From: Polyangiaceae bacterium
GTDB taxonomy: Bacteria; Myxococcota_A; Polyangia; Polyangiales; Polyangiaceae
Assembly (NCBI GenBank): GCA_965222375.1
Contig: CBDCTZ010000016.1
Span: forward strand, 2,400,001 to 2,464,000
Direction of reading: 5' to 3'
Length of the DNA: 64,000 bases
Shown here: piece after piece, positions 40,976 through 50,500 of the stretch
Layout: every line of letters starts with the position of its first letter
Numbering within the stretch: the stretch's first letter is position 1
The notes under the pieces: generated by a model
Told to the model about the DNA's origin: nothing
Seen by the model: only the letters and a program-made list of their open reading frames with translations
Database searches by the model: none
Position numbers and translations under genes: made by a program

Positions 40976-41800
40976 ATGATCAAAGCGATGATGAGCGTGG
41001 CATTGGTTGGAGTGATGGCCAGCGGGTGTGCGCCCGCGAGATCGGCTGCGGACATGCAGTCCGACAATCCCTTGGGCCCGTCGTTTTGGTTGATTCCGAC
41101 GCCAAGCTCGGACGAATCCTTGCTGGGACGTAGCTTTCACAAACCGCCGGACACGGCACTGTCGTTGGAGGAACAGTCGCAACCCAACCCTTGTGGGGAG
41201 TTCCTTGCAGAGGCGACGAGCTCGGAGATGCCCAATCGCTATGAAAACGCCGTCGACGCAACGACGAGTGCCGGCGGTGGCGGCATGTTGGGTCTGTTTG
41301 GATTCAGCGCGGACGCCTCCCATGCGACGCACCTCGTGTACAAGGTCGCTACCAAGAAGAAGATGACCCGCATGGACACCCAAGAGTATGTGGACTGCTG
41401 CAAGACCAAAGATTGCGGTTGGGGCTACGTCAGTGCGCTGATCTACGGCTCCGGCGAGTACGCGAGCGCTACCCGCACCGATGTCGCCGCCGAGGGCAAC
41501 TACACCGTGTATTCAGCGGGCGCCTCGCACAGCTACCGTGCCATGAACAAGCGCAAGATCAGCGGCTACGTTGCGGCGGTGCTGACTGCTCACGATCGCT
41601 CCAAGTCCGTGCAGGCGTGCCCGCCGGGACATGAATGGGCAAAAATCGAGTGCGTCGAAAAGGGAGAAATCGAGTCCCAGCGGGCCAAGTGCCGGGGGCA
41701 GCGCAGTTCTGCTCTGGAACTCTTGGACGTCAAAGAGGTCGACGAGATGGTGAAGAAGAACGCCTGCGAGTGGCTCACGGAGCACGGGCAGAGCCAATGA
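40976..41800 (+). CDS. Hypothetical Cys-containing lipoprotein
   Basis: Lipobox MASGC; beta-rich body with CCKTKDCGWGYV. Confidence 0.7.
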   Translation: MIKAMMSVALVGVMASGCAPARSAADMQSDNPLGPSFWLIPTPSSDESLLGRSFHKPPDTALSLEEQSQPNPCGEFLAEATSSEMPNRYENAVDATTSAGGGGMLGLFGFSADASHATHLVYKVATKKKMTRMDTQEYVDCCKTKDCGWGYVSALIYGSGEYASATRTDVAAEGNYTVYSAGASHSYRAMNKRKISGYVAAVLTAHDRSKSVQACPPGHEWAKIECVEKGEIESQRAKCRGQRSSALELLDVKEVDEMVKKNACEWLTEHGQSQ

Positions 41801-41832
41801 GCACTAGCTGACATTTGCGCTATCATCCGCCC

Positions 41833-42200
41833 ATGGCGGCTGAGCGGGGTGCCCGCACCCTAGCGAGCGTATTTAGAACGCTGTGTGCGGCGGGCATCTC
41901 GCTGGCTTGCGCCGAGAGTGCGGAACTGTCGGATGGTGCGGACGCGGATGGTGATGCCTCCCGCGGCGCCGGGGCTGGGGCATCAGGCACGGGGGGCTCT
42001 GTCGCGACGGGCGGCTTCGCATTCGGTGGTTCGTCCGGCTTGGATGCAGCAGCCGGAACCGGCGGCACGGCAGAGCTGGCACTGGAGGCATCGGGGGTAG
42101 CTCCGGTACCGGCGCCGTGGGAGGCAGCTCGGGTACCGGCGCCTTGGACTCAATGGACGCAGGAGGGTGGACCGGCCACACCCCGTTCCACCTGTTGGGG
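41833..42200 (+). pseudogene. Frameshifted/truncated Gly-rich lipoprotein remnant
   Basis: Lipobox ISLAC and Gly linker; the GGSSGTGA linker continues in another frame after ~42075; no C-terminal domain. Confidence 0.5.
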
Positions 42201-42293
42201 CGGCTGCGCCCCGGTTTGGTGGCAAGCTTGTTCAGGAAAGCCGTGCTAGGCGCCGCCTTTGGGAGTGGCATCATGATTGCACGACGCGCGAGA

Positions 42294-43064
42294 ATGAGTT
42301 CATTGAGTCTACGCTTCGCTGGCGTGTGTTCCGCATTGATACTGGCCGCATGTAGCTCTGGCGCGGGTGGCGGCGGCGGTTGCCCGGATGGCAGCGTGTG
42401 CACGGGCGTTGATGGCGGTGGCGCGACGACGGGCTCGGGCGGCTTCGGCGCTTTCGGTTCTGGCGGCGTCAAACAATCGGGCGGTAGTGCCGGCGTAGGT
42501 GGAAGTCCGCAGACCGGCGGCACTGGGGCCTTTGGCGGCTTCGGAGGCAACAGCGGCAGCGGCGGGTCCGCCACCGGGGGCTCCAGCGGCACGAGTGGCA
42601 GCGGCGGCTTTGCAACCGGGGGTTCCAGTGGCACCAGCGGAAGCGGAGGACTTGCAACCGGCGGCACCAGCAGCGGGGGCGGTGGAGGCATTGGAGGCGG
42701 CTTTGGCGGAACCTCCGGCAGCGGCGGGAGCGGAACAGGCGGTGGCGGCGGTACCGGTGCTCTAGATCCGAACCTCAGTTTGCCGAACCCTGCGGGGCAG
42801 CCTTGCAACACGCCTGGCTACGGAACCGGTTGCCCGAGTTTGCAGGTGTGTCGGATCTCCGGACCGAACCAGGGCACGTGCGAAACCTGCACCCAGTGCG
42901 GAAACCTCGGCGCCTTTTGCAGCAGCAGCTCTCAATGCGACATCTTGTTCCAGTGCTACCTCGGCAAGTGCACGAACATCTGTCCCCTGGGCACCAGCTA
43001 TTGCGGGCCACCTCAGGATTGCATCAACGTCGGCCACGCCACCCACGGCGTGTGCAAACCCTGA
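42294..43064 (+). CDS. Gly-rich-linker lipoprotein with C-terminal Cys-rich domain
   Basis: Lipobox LAAC; GGSSGTSG repeats; C-terminal domain with many Cys. Confidence 0.78.
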   Translation: MSSLSLRFAGVCSALILAACSSGAGGGGGCPDGSVCTGVDGGGATTGSGGFGAFGSGGVKQSGGSAGVGGSPQTGGTGAFGGFGGNSGSGGSATGGSSGTSGSGGFATGGSSGTSGSGGLATGGTSSGGGGGIGGGFGGTSGSGGSGTGGGGGTGALDPNLSLPNPAGQPCNTPGYGTGCPSLQVCRISGPNQGTCETCTQCGNLGAFCSSSSQCDILFQCYLGKCTNICPLGTSYCGPPQDCINVGHATHGVCKP

Positions 43065-43070
43065 GGCGAG

Positions 43071-43661
43071 CTATTCGAAGCTGAGATCAACGTCCAAGGT
43101 TACGGACAGGACCGACTGTAGGAACTTCTCCAGCGCCGTTGGTTCGGCCCGCAATGCGTCCAAGCGCTGCTGTAAGGCGTAGTGACAGCGCGGGCAAGCG
43201 TGCCCCCGCTCCCGCATGAAGCTGCGCTCTGCTTCGAGCACGTTTCCGCAGTAGGCGCAGCTGGGGGCTTCGGCCGTGGCCGCCGGAGGCGCTCGATAGG
43301 CGCTCTGGGCCGGCTTCCTGGTTCGGTTCCGGGCGTCGCTTTCGCCGTATTCATCGGCGTCTAGCCAAACTCCGCCACAGCCGGTGCAGAAGTCCACGGC
43401 GACATCGAGGACACGGACCTCATGCGGAGTTTCTTTGCATCCTGGGCAGGCGTCGATCCCGCCGCCCTTTTTTCCGGTCAGTGCCGCCTCGGTTCGTCGT
43501 TCCGGGAGATGGGAAAGGGTTGGGCACAACACGGGCAAAGCCCGGGACTCGAGCCACACGCCGCTGCAGGCGTCGCATAGCTCCACCTTGACATCGGCCT
43601 GCCCAACCTGGTCTGCAAACCAGCGCTCGGACAGCGCTCCCTCACACCTTGGGCAATTCAC
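43071..43661 (-). CDS. Multi zinc-ribbon (zf-TFIIB-like) protein
   Basis: CPRC..CDACSGVWL; CPGC..DFCTGCGGVWLDADE; CAYC..CPRC. Confidence 0.82.
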   Translation of the reverse strand: MNCPRCEGALSERWFADQVGQADVKVELCDACSGVWLESRALPVLCPTLSHLPERRTEAALTGKKGGGIDACPGCKETPHEVRVLDVAVDFCTGCGGVWLDADEYGESDARNRTRKPAQSAYRAPPAATAEAPSCAYCGNVLEAERSFMRERGHACPRCHYALQQRLDALRAEPTALEKFLQSVLSVTLDVDLSFE

Positions 43662-43783
43662 ACTTCGTTCTCCCCCGCGCAGAGTGCCCCTGACTCGGCT
43701 GCCTCGCAAGCCGGTCGCGGCCTCAGCACCGCGCGCCAGTCGGAACCCTTGGCGGAACACGCTGGGCGTGAGATTGTCGTGCC

Positions 43784-44200
43784 ATGTTCGACAGCGACCG
43801 CCCGCCGAACGACGACACGAGGTCCGATGAGGACTCAGTCGCCAAGCGCGACCGTTCGTCGATTCTCGCGCGGCGCAAGTTCTTCATCGCATCGGCTCTG
43901 GCCGGTATTGCTGCGGCAGGTTGCAACAAAGAGCCGCAGGCCTGCTTGAAGGTTCAGGCGCCGCCCGAGCCGTCAGCAGCGCCCGACACACCTCCGACGG
44001 CAGAGTCGCCGCCGCCCGCAGAACCGACCACTGCCGCGCCGCCCCCGAGCGCGCCGGTTGCAACGGCGGATCCCCCCCCTCCGCCAGTTCCGACCAAACC
44101 CCCGACCGTGTGCCTGAAGGTTCCCGCGCCTTCGCCCACCGCAGACAAGCCCGAGCCGAAAGTCTGTTTGCGAGTGGCGGCGCCGCCGAAAGACGACTGA
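43784..44200 (+). CDS. Small Pro-rich (Tat-like) lipoprotein with three PxxCL(K/R)V repeats
   Basis: ILARRKFFIASALAGIAAAGC; PQACLKV, PTVCLKV, PKVCLRV. Confidence 0.7.
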   Translation: MFDSDRPPNDDTRSDEDSVAKRDRSSILARRKFFIASALAGIAAAGCNKEPQACLKVQAPPEPSAAPDTPPTAESPPPAEPTTAAPPPSAPVATADPPPPPVPTKPPTVCLKVPAPSPTADKPEPKVCLRVAAPPKDD

Positions 44201-44205
44201 GGCCG

Positions 44206-45765
44206 ATGCTGCGAGTTCGTCAGCTAGCCTTGCTGATCGCGCTGGCGGCCGGTTTGTGCACTGCCGGCGTTCGTGCCGACACGATCCATGAGAACTTGGC
44301 GAAGTACAACGCCCTCAAGGCGCGCAGCGCAGAGTTCATCGTGATTGGAGAGGGCACCGGCAAGAGCATTCCTGCGAGCGAGCGGCGAGAGCTCGATAGC
44401 CGAATTCGTTGGGGGGACGCCACGATACGGCTTGGTTGGTACATCGGCGTGCTCGCGACCGAGCATTACATGCGCTCGAACCCGCAGACTTTTCCGGGCG
44501 CCGACGGCGGCGATGCTGGCGCGGCAGCCAAGACGGCGGACGAGCTGTACCACGCACTGCTAGCACTTCAGCGAGTGGATCAGGTGGCGGACGCCGCGTT
44601 TCCACCGCCATGCAGCCAAGCGCAGAGCCTGAATGGCTTCTTCATTCGCGATGACGTGCCCAGTGACTTTCACAAGAACTTCGCGCCGCTGACCAAGACA
44701 TCGTCGGACTTCGTCGATCCAAAGCTGACCAACAAGGAGATGAGTCAAGACCAGGTGTATCACGTGCTGATCGGTCTCGCGCTCACCAAGCATCTGGTGC
44801 CAGCCAGTGTGCAAGTGAAGGGCAAGAGTTTGCCTGCATGGGCCTCGGAGCAGGCAGAGCGCATCGTGAAGCACGTGGTGAAGGACGGCTGGATCATCAA
44901 GAACCCAGCCTGCAATCGAGACGTGGCTCGCGGCAAGGACGCCTTCGGCTACTCCGAGGGCACTCGCAAGGCCGTTTCTTTCATCACCGACGGCGCGTAT
45001 TCACCGCCGGCTGCGCCGGGCTTCGTTGGCGTCTGGGACGGGCTCAAAGCTCCTAACCACCTGATCTACAGCAACGTGGACAATCTCCACATGGCCATGG
45101 CCATTGCTGCGATCGGAAACGGCTGGCAACCCACGACCGACCAACACCTGGCAACCCTCGCCGACAAGGAAGACTGGGTGCTGTATCCGCTCCTTCATCG
45201 CGCGTTGTACGGCAAGGCGCCCGCTTGTGTGGTTTGCTCCAAGATCGATCAAGACGCGCGGAAGATGCTCGACGAGCTGCCAAAGAGCGCTGACCCCAAA
45301 TCGCCGCAGCCGAACCCGCCGGCAGTGCATGGCTTCACCAGCTCCAATCGCTTCATTCGCGGCAAGGCCGAGGCCTACGTGGGCAGTTCGGGCTCTGATG
45401 GGTACCGCTACAACGGCATGGACTACATGCTGCTGCACAACCTGTACGCCATCGGCGCTCCAGAGCTCTGGGGAGGCGTTGGTGGCGTAGCCGGTAGCGG
45501 CAATACTGGTGGCGGTGGCGCGGGGGGAGTTGGCGGTTCGACCGGCGGATCTGCGGGAGCACAAACTGGGGGCGTGGGTGGCGGCGGTACGGCGGGGGGC
45601 GGCGCTGCCTCGGCTGGGGGAGCATCGGCCGGCGCTGGTCCCGCGGACAGCTCGGATGAGTCGGGTTGCGGGTGCCGCGCCGTTTCGGCGCCGGCCAACA
45701 GAGGGTCGGTCTGGTTGCTGCTGGTGCTGGCGCTATGGCGTCGGCGCCGCGCGGCTCAGTGGTAG
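44206..45765 (+). CDS. Secreted protein of unknown function with MYXO-CTERM sorting signal
   Basis: Signal VRA; helical domain; Gly linker; ESGCGCRAV..WLLLVLALWRRRR. Confidence 0.8.
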   Translation: MLRVRQLALLIALAAGLCTAGVRADTIHENLAKYNALKARSAEFIVIGEGTGKSIPASERRELDSRIRWGDATIRLGWYIGVLATEHYMRSNPQTFPGADGGDAGAAAKTADELYHALLALQRVDQVADAAFPPPCSQAQSLNGFFIRDDVPSDFHKNFAPLTKTSSDFVDPKLTNKEMSQDQVYHVLIGLALTKHLVPASVQVKGKSLPAWASEQAERIVKHVVKDGWIIKNPACNRDVARGKDAFGYSEGTRKAVSFITDGAYSPPAAPGFVGVWDGLKAPNHLIYSNVDNLHMAMAIAAIGNGWQPTTDQHLATLADKEDWVLYPLLHRALYGKAPACVVCSKIDQDARKMLDELPKSADPKSPQPNPPAVHGFTSSNRFIRGKAEAYVGSSGSDGYRYNGMDYMLLHNLYAIGAPELWGGVGGVAGSGNTGGGGAGGVGGSTGGSAGAQTGGVGGGGTAGGGAASAGGASAGAGPADSSDESGCGCRAVSAPANRGSVWLLLVLALWRRRRAAQW

Positions 45766-46571
45766 AGCACGGTTCCGAGCAGTGCGAAATTGGCTACAGT
45801 GATCTTCTCCTCGGTACGTGCGTCGGAATTCGTCACTGAGCCGCCAGTCGCCCTGCCGAGAATGCCCAAGGACCACTGATCTGCGATCCAGAAGTCGTAG
45901 CCCAAGAACAGCCCGCCTCCGCCACCAGTTGCGGTGCTGGACTTTTCGGTTCCGTCGTTGTTGGTGACGTTTGCAGCCGCCCCGCCGAGGATGATCCCGG
46001 CGTGGAAGCCACCGTCGGGCATGAAGAACCAGTCCAAGAATGGGCCGATGATGCCGAAGTTGAAGTTGTTGGGGCTCTCGTCCTCGAAGGACCCTCGCTT
46101 CACGTTCGGCTTTTGTGCTTGGCTAAAGAAGTAGGCGCCTCCGATCACCAATCCGTCTGCAGGAGTCCCGCCGAACATCAGGTCGAGGCTGAACGCACCG
46201 CCATCGACCTCGGTATCTTCCAACCCATCGACTTCGAAGACAGCGCCAAGAGCACCGCCGCCGATGCTTCCACGGAAGTAAAATCCGTCATGGAAACGCA
46301 CGCTGCGGTCTTCGCCAGGTGGTGGCGGAGGGGGAGGTTCGTAGGCGCCCGGCTGTTGATAGCCGCCTGGCGGCGGCTGTTGGTAGTTTGCCGGAGGCGG
46401 CTGGGAGCCTGGCGGTGGCGGTGGTGGTGGCGTTCCCGTGGGAGGCGGCTGCGCGGCTGGGGCAGCCGCCGGATCCGCAGGCGGCTGCTCCGGAGGTGCA
46501 CCTTGTCCAGCGGCATTCGTAGCGACAAAAGAAGAAGAAGCGACGACAAAGGCGACAGTTCGAAAGCGCAT
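45756..46571 (-). CDS. Outer-membrane beta-barrel protein with Pro/Gln-rich N-terminus
   Basis: Signal peptide; HDGFYFR; GGTP..GLVIGG; GYDFWIADQWSLG; ends TVLYH. Confidence 0.75.
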   Translation of the reverse strand: MRFRTVAFVVASSSFVATNAAGQGAPPEQPPADPAAAPAAQPPPTGTPPPPPPPGSQPPPANYQQPPPGGYQQPGAYEPPPPPPPGEDRSVRFHDGFYFRGSIGGGALGAVFEVDGLEDTEVDGGAFSLDLMFGGTPADGLVIGGAYFFSQAQKPNVKRGSFEDESPNNFNFGIIGPFLDWFFMPDGGFHAGIILGGAAANVTNNDGTEKSSTATGGGGGLFLGYDFWIADQWSLGILGRATGGSVTNSDARTEEKITVANFALLGTVLYH

Positions 46572-46645
46572 GCGTGGACTACATACTCAGGCGGGCTTGC
46601 CGTCAAGAAGGGATGCGCTCGACAAGTTTGCTATGGTCGCCGCCC

Positions 46646-47362
46646 ATGTACCGGGCCCTAACGCTGGCAGTCCTGCTCGCGGCCACCGCGGGGGCTTGCG
46701 GAGGCGCGCCGGTGCCCGCCGAAGGCCCCCGAGAGAGTGCTGCCCCCAAACGTCGCGCGGCGCTCGTGGACGATTGCGCCCAACAGCCCGGCAAGCCGCC
46801 GCCGGAGCCTTTGAAGAAGCGTTACGAGGGGGTCGCTGCGAAGGCTCGCTGCCAGCGGGAGGTCTTCACCATCATGGGTGGGCTCACGCACTTCCTGGGC
46901 GTCAAGTGTGCTTACTGCCATGAAGAGCCCGACTACCCGAAGATGACCCACAACAAGCGTGTCGCAAATTGGATGGCGCGCGAGCTGATCCCGAGCTTGG
47001 AGAAGAAGAACGGCGGTGGCGAAGTCTGGTGCAATGACTGTCACCTGGTCGACGGCAAAGGCACCGCAAAGATCCTCAAGTCGCCTAGGGATCAGAAGTG
47101 GACGATCGAATGGATGACGGCCCACCTCTCGGAGAGGTTCGACTCCGCAGATGGAAAGCCCCTGCGCTGCAAGGCTTGCCATGGCGCGAACTTGGGCGAT
47201 CCCGCGTTCCGCAAGAAGATCATCCTGACGGACCACCTGCCCGTTCCGCCGGAGAAGCGAAACCGTCCCGTTCCCGCGGGCCCTGCCGCCGAGGCCGAGC
47301 CCGCGAGCTCGGAGAGCCCGGGGCCGGATGCGGGAGCCAGCGGTGACGCTGGCGGCGAATAA
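46646..47362 (+). CDS. Trihaem c-type cytochrome lipoprotein (PufC/CytoC_RC-like)
   Basis: Lipobox AGAC; CAYCH, CNDCH, CKACH; M...LGVKC..CH....K..A..M pattern. Confidence 0.75.
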   Translation: MYRALTLAVLLAATAGACGGAPVPAEGPRESAAPKRRAALVDDCAQQPGKPPPEPLKKRYEGVAAKARCQREVFTIMGGLTHFLGVKCAYCHEEPDYPKMTHNKRVANWMARELIPSLEKKNGGGEVWCNDCHLVDGKGTAKILKSPRDQKWTIEWMTAHLSERFDSADGKPLRCKACHGANLGDPAFRKKIILTDHLPVPPEKRNRPVPAGPAAEAEPASSESPGPDAGASGDAGGE

Positions 47363-47526
47363 TCTGATCCCGGCTGCGTGCTGCCCCGCGCTTCCATAAT
47401 TGTGCGCCAAATGCCGGGCTTTTGTCGGCTCTGGCCCGGCAATTGATGTGCGCGGCGGACAGGCCTACGACGTTGGCTCGCAGGGGCCGAGGGAACTTTG
47501 GTGGAGGGCGGAAGTCAGTGCTGAGC

Positions 47527-50500
47527 ATGGGATTGTCGGATGGCAGCGTGCGCACAGCTGTGCGCGTGGTTCTTTGGTTCGCTCTGCTGGCCCTTCTGGG
47601 TTGCGGGAAAAAGGACGAGCTGGTGTCCCGGGGGCAGAGTTTCGCGGAGCTGCGAGAAATCCGCTCCGGGGCGTCCGTGACCCTTCCCGGGGACGCCGCA
47701 CGTAGCCCGTACCCCCGCGAGAGGCTCGTCGATGGCACTCGGGTCGATGTGCAGGAGTCCGGGCTGGTGTGGCTGCGGCGAGATAGCGGCGCACGACTGT
47801 TGGTGGCTGGCCCAGCGACTTTCACCCTCGGCGTGGACTCCATCGACTTCGAGGCGGGGCGCGTGTTCGTCGACGCTCCGCTCGGTGTAGCCGTGCGCCT
47901 GGACACGCCGAGCGGGCGCCTCACGCCGAGCAACGTGCGAGCCAGCATCGACATCGGGGCGACAACCCGCGCCTACGTATTGCGTGGCGAGCTTGCCGTC
48001 GCCGACTTGCGCGTTCGCGCGGGCGAAGAACTGACCTTGCAGGCGGAAAAGAGTAGCGTCGCCCCGGTCGTCGCTTGGAACGATTGGACGGGTGGGCTCG
48101 CGACCGCTGATGAGAGCGCCGCGCCGTCTCCCTTCGGTGTGGGCACGGTGGGCGCGCGGGATCCCGGCCAGAAGGGGAAGCCTCGCTTTCCTCTGTCCAT
48201 TCAGCGCCTGGACGTTTCGGTACGCGTGGAAGGCGACTTCGTCGTCACCGAGGTGGATCAGCGCTTCTTCAATCCCGCTTCCAAGAAGGTCGAGGGCATC
48301 TATCGCTTTCGCGCACCGCGCGGCGCTTCGATTCAGCGCTTTGGAGTGGATCGCGCTGGCAAGGTTGCCTGGGGGCGCGTGAAAGAGAGCGCGGCGGCCA
48401 GCGCGCAATACCAATCCAATGTCTACGCAGGCTCGACGGAGGACCCTGCGCTGCTCGAATGGGACGGGCCCGGCTCCTATCGCGCTCGCTTGTACCCCAT
48501 CGGGCCGGGTGAGACGCGCCGGGTCGTCGTTCGCTACACCGAGTGGTTGTCCCGTACCGGGCCGAAGGGTGAGCGCCGCCTGTACGTGTATCCGATGGCG
48601 GCTAGTGGTGCCGAGGCATCTCTGCCGCGGATCGAGAACTTCTCACTGAGCGTCCAGTTCGGGCTTGCCCGCGCCAAAGACGTGCGTGTGGGGATGAAGG
48701 CGGAACGTCGGGGAAACGAGATCCTGGTCAGCGAGCATGATTTCATCCCACGTTCGGACTTCTTTCTCGAGCTCTTCGACGATGGCCTCACCCACCTGAC
48801 GGCCTATCGCGCCAAACACGATCCAGATCTGAAGGTGCTTCCGCCCAGTGATCGCGCCCGCGCCCGTGAGTCCGCGTCCAAAGAGGCGCCCTATGTGCTG
48901 ATTCCGGTACGAGCCCAAGACTTGCCGAAACCCGAAGGTGGATTGGATCTCGCCATCGTCGTCGACTCATCAGCCGCCAACGACGCCGGCGCGATGGCGC
49001 TCGCCAAGGCCGCGACCAATGCGCTGCTGAGCCACCTATCCCCTCGAGATCGCGCCAGGATCTGGTCTGGTGCCGACGGACTTCGGCCACTACTTCCGGA
49101 CGTAAAGGGACCCGTCGCTGTCGATGCCAAGCTCCGGCAACGCGTCTCAATCGCGCTGTCGTCTCTGGAGCGAGGGGGTGCCACGGACCTCGGGGGCATG
49201 CTGGCTGAAGCGGCGCGCGGCTTGGACCCAGAGCGACGAGGCGCGGTCGTCTACATTGGCGACGGACGACCCACGGTGGGGGAACTGGGGCTCAAGGATT
49301 TGAACGAGCGCTTGGCGGCGCTGCCTCGCCCAGTGCGCGTTTTCTCTCTCGGCATCGGCGGCGAGACGAACATGGGCCTCTTGCGTGGGGTGGCTCGCGG
49401 CGGCTTCGCTGAACGGGTCGATGACGCTCACCAGGCGGCGGAAGTGGCGCTTTCGGTATTCGAGCAGGCGGAGCGCCCGGCGTGGCTCGGCGTGAAGATG
49501 GACCTGGGGCCGAATGTCGAGCGGGTGCTGCCCAAGGATGCGAGCACCCTGGTTGCAGGCGAGACCACCTGGGTGGTGGCCCGGGTCACAGGCACGTTGC
49601 CGAAGAGCGTGAAGCTGACGCGTTTCGGCGGAGAGGTTCGTGAACATCGCCTCGAGCTGCGCAAGCTGGACGACCAGGGAGATCTGCGTCGGCGTTGGGC
49701 GGATCTGCGCCTGAGCGAATTGCTGGAGGAGGGAGTGGGCCGCGCCGCTCTGGTCGACCTGGGAATGCGATACGGCGTGATCACTCCGGTTACCTCGTTT
49801 TACGTGCCGACGACTCGCGAGCTGCGCAAGGAGGCCAAGGAGCGCCGGCGGCGCAAGCGTTCCTTCAACGCGCTGAGCGGAGAGGACGACGACGTTGACG
49901 AAATCACTCTGGAACTGGAGGCCGAGGAGGAGGCCGACAACAAAGAGGGTGGGACCGGCACGCGAGCCAAGGGCGAAGAGGGCTCCATGGGCAAGGCCAG
50001 CTCCAAGCTCACGAACAAGCGCTACGCCGTGCGCGGTCCGGCGGACAATCCGGATCCGAACGTTGCGCGCAAAGCCGCGCTGGCGGAGGCCCAAGAGTTC
50101 GGGATGGTCGGCCTGCTGAATGCTGGCGCAGCCGGGGAGGCTCCTGCTGCGGCCGCGGCGCCCGAACCCGCCCAGGACGCGCCGCCGAAGCCAATGGAGC
50201 AGCAGGCGGAAGTGCTCAAGGTGCCGCCCGCGAAGAACGAGCCTACGGACTTGCCGACCGCGCCTTGGGGCGGCGATGATTCCCTGGCTCGAGACAAGAC
50301 CGGCACGCACAAAGCCCAAGGCAATATGTGGGGGGCAGAAATCGGGGACGCGTTTGGATCCGGTGGCCTAGGGTTGAAAGGGATCGGAGAGGGCGGTGGG
50401 GGCCGCGACGAGGGGATTGGGCTGGGCGACATTGGCACCCTCGGCCACGGCGCGGGCACGGGCACAGGCCAAGGCTTTGGTTCCGGGCACGGTCGCTTGG

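Noticed and set aside
46646..47362. Evidence for phototrophy
   Set aside because: No pufLM, bch or crt genes in the window; a PufC-like fold alone is not diagnostic
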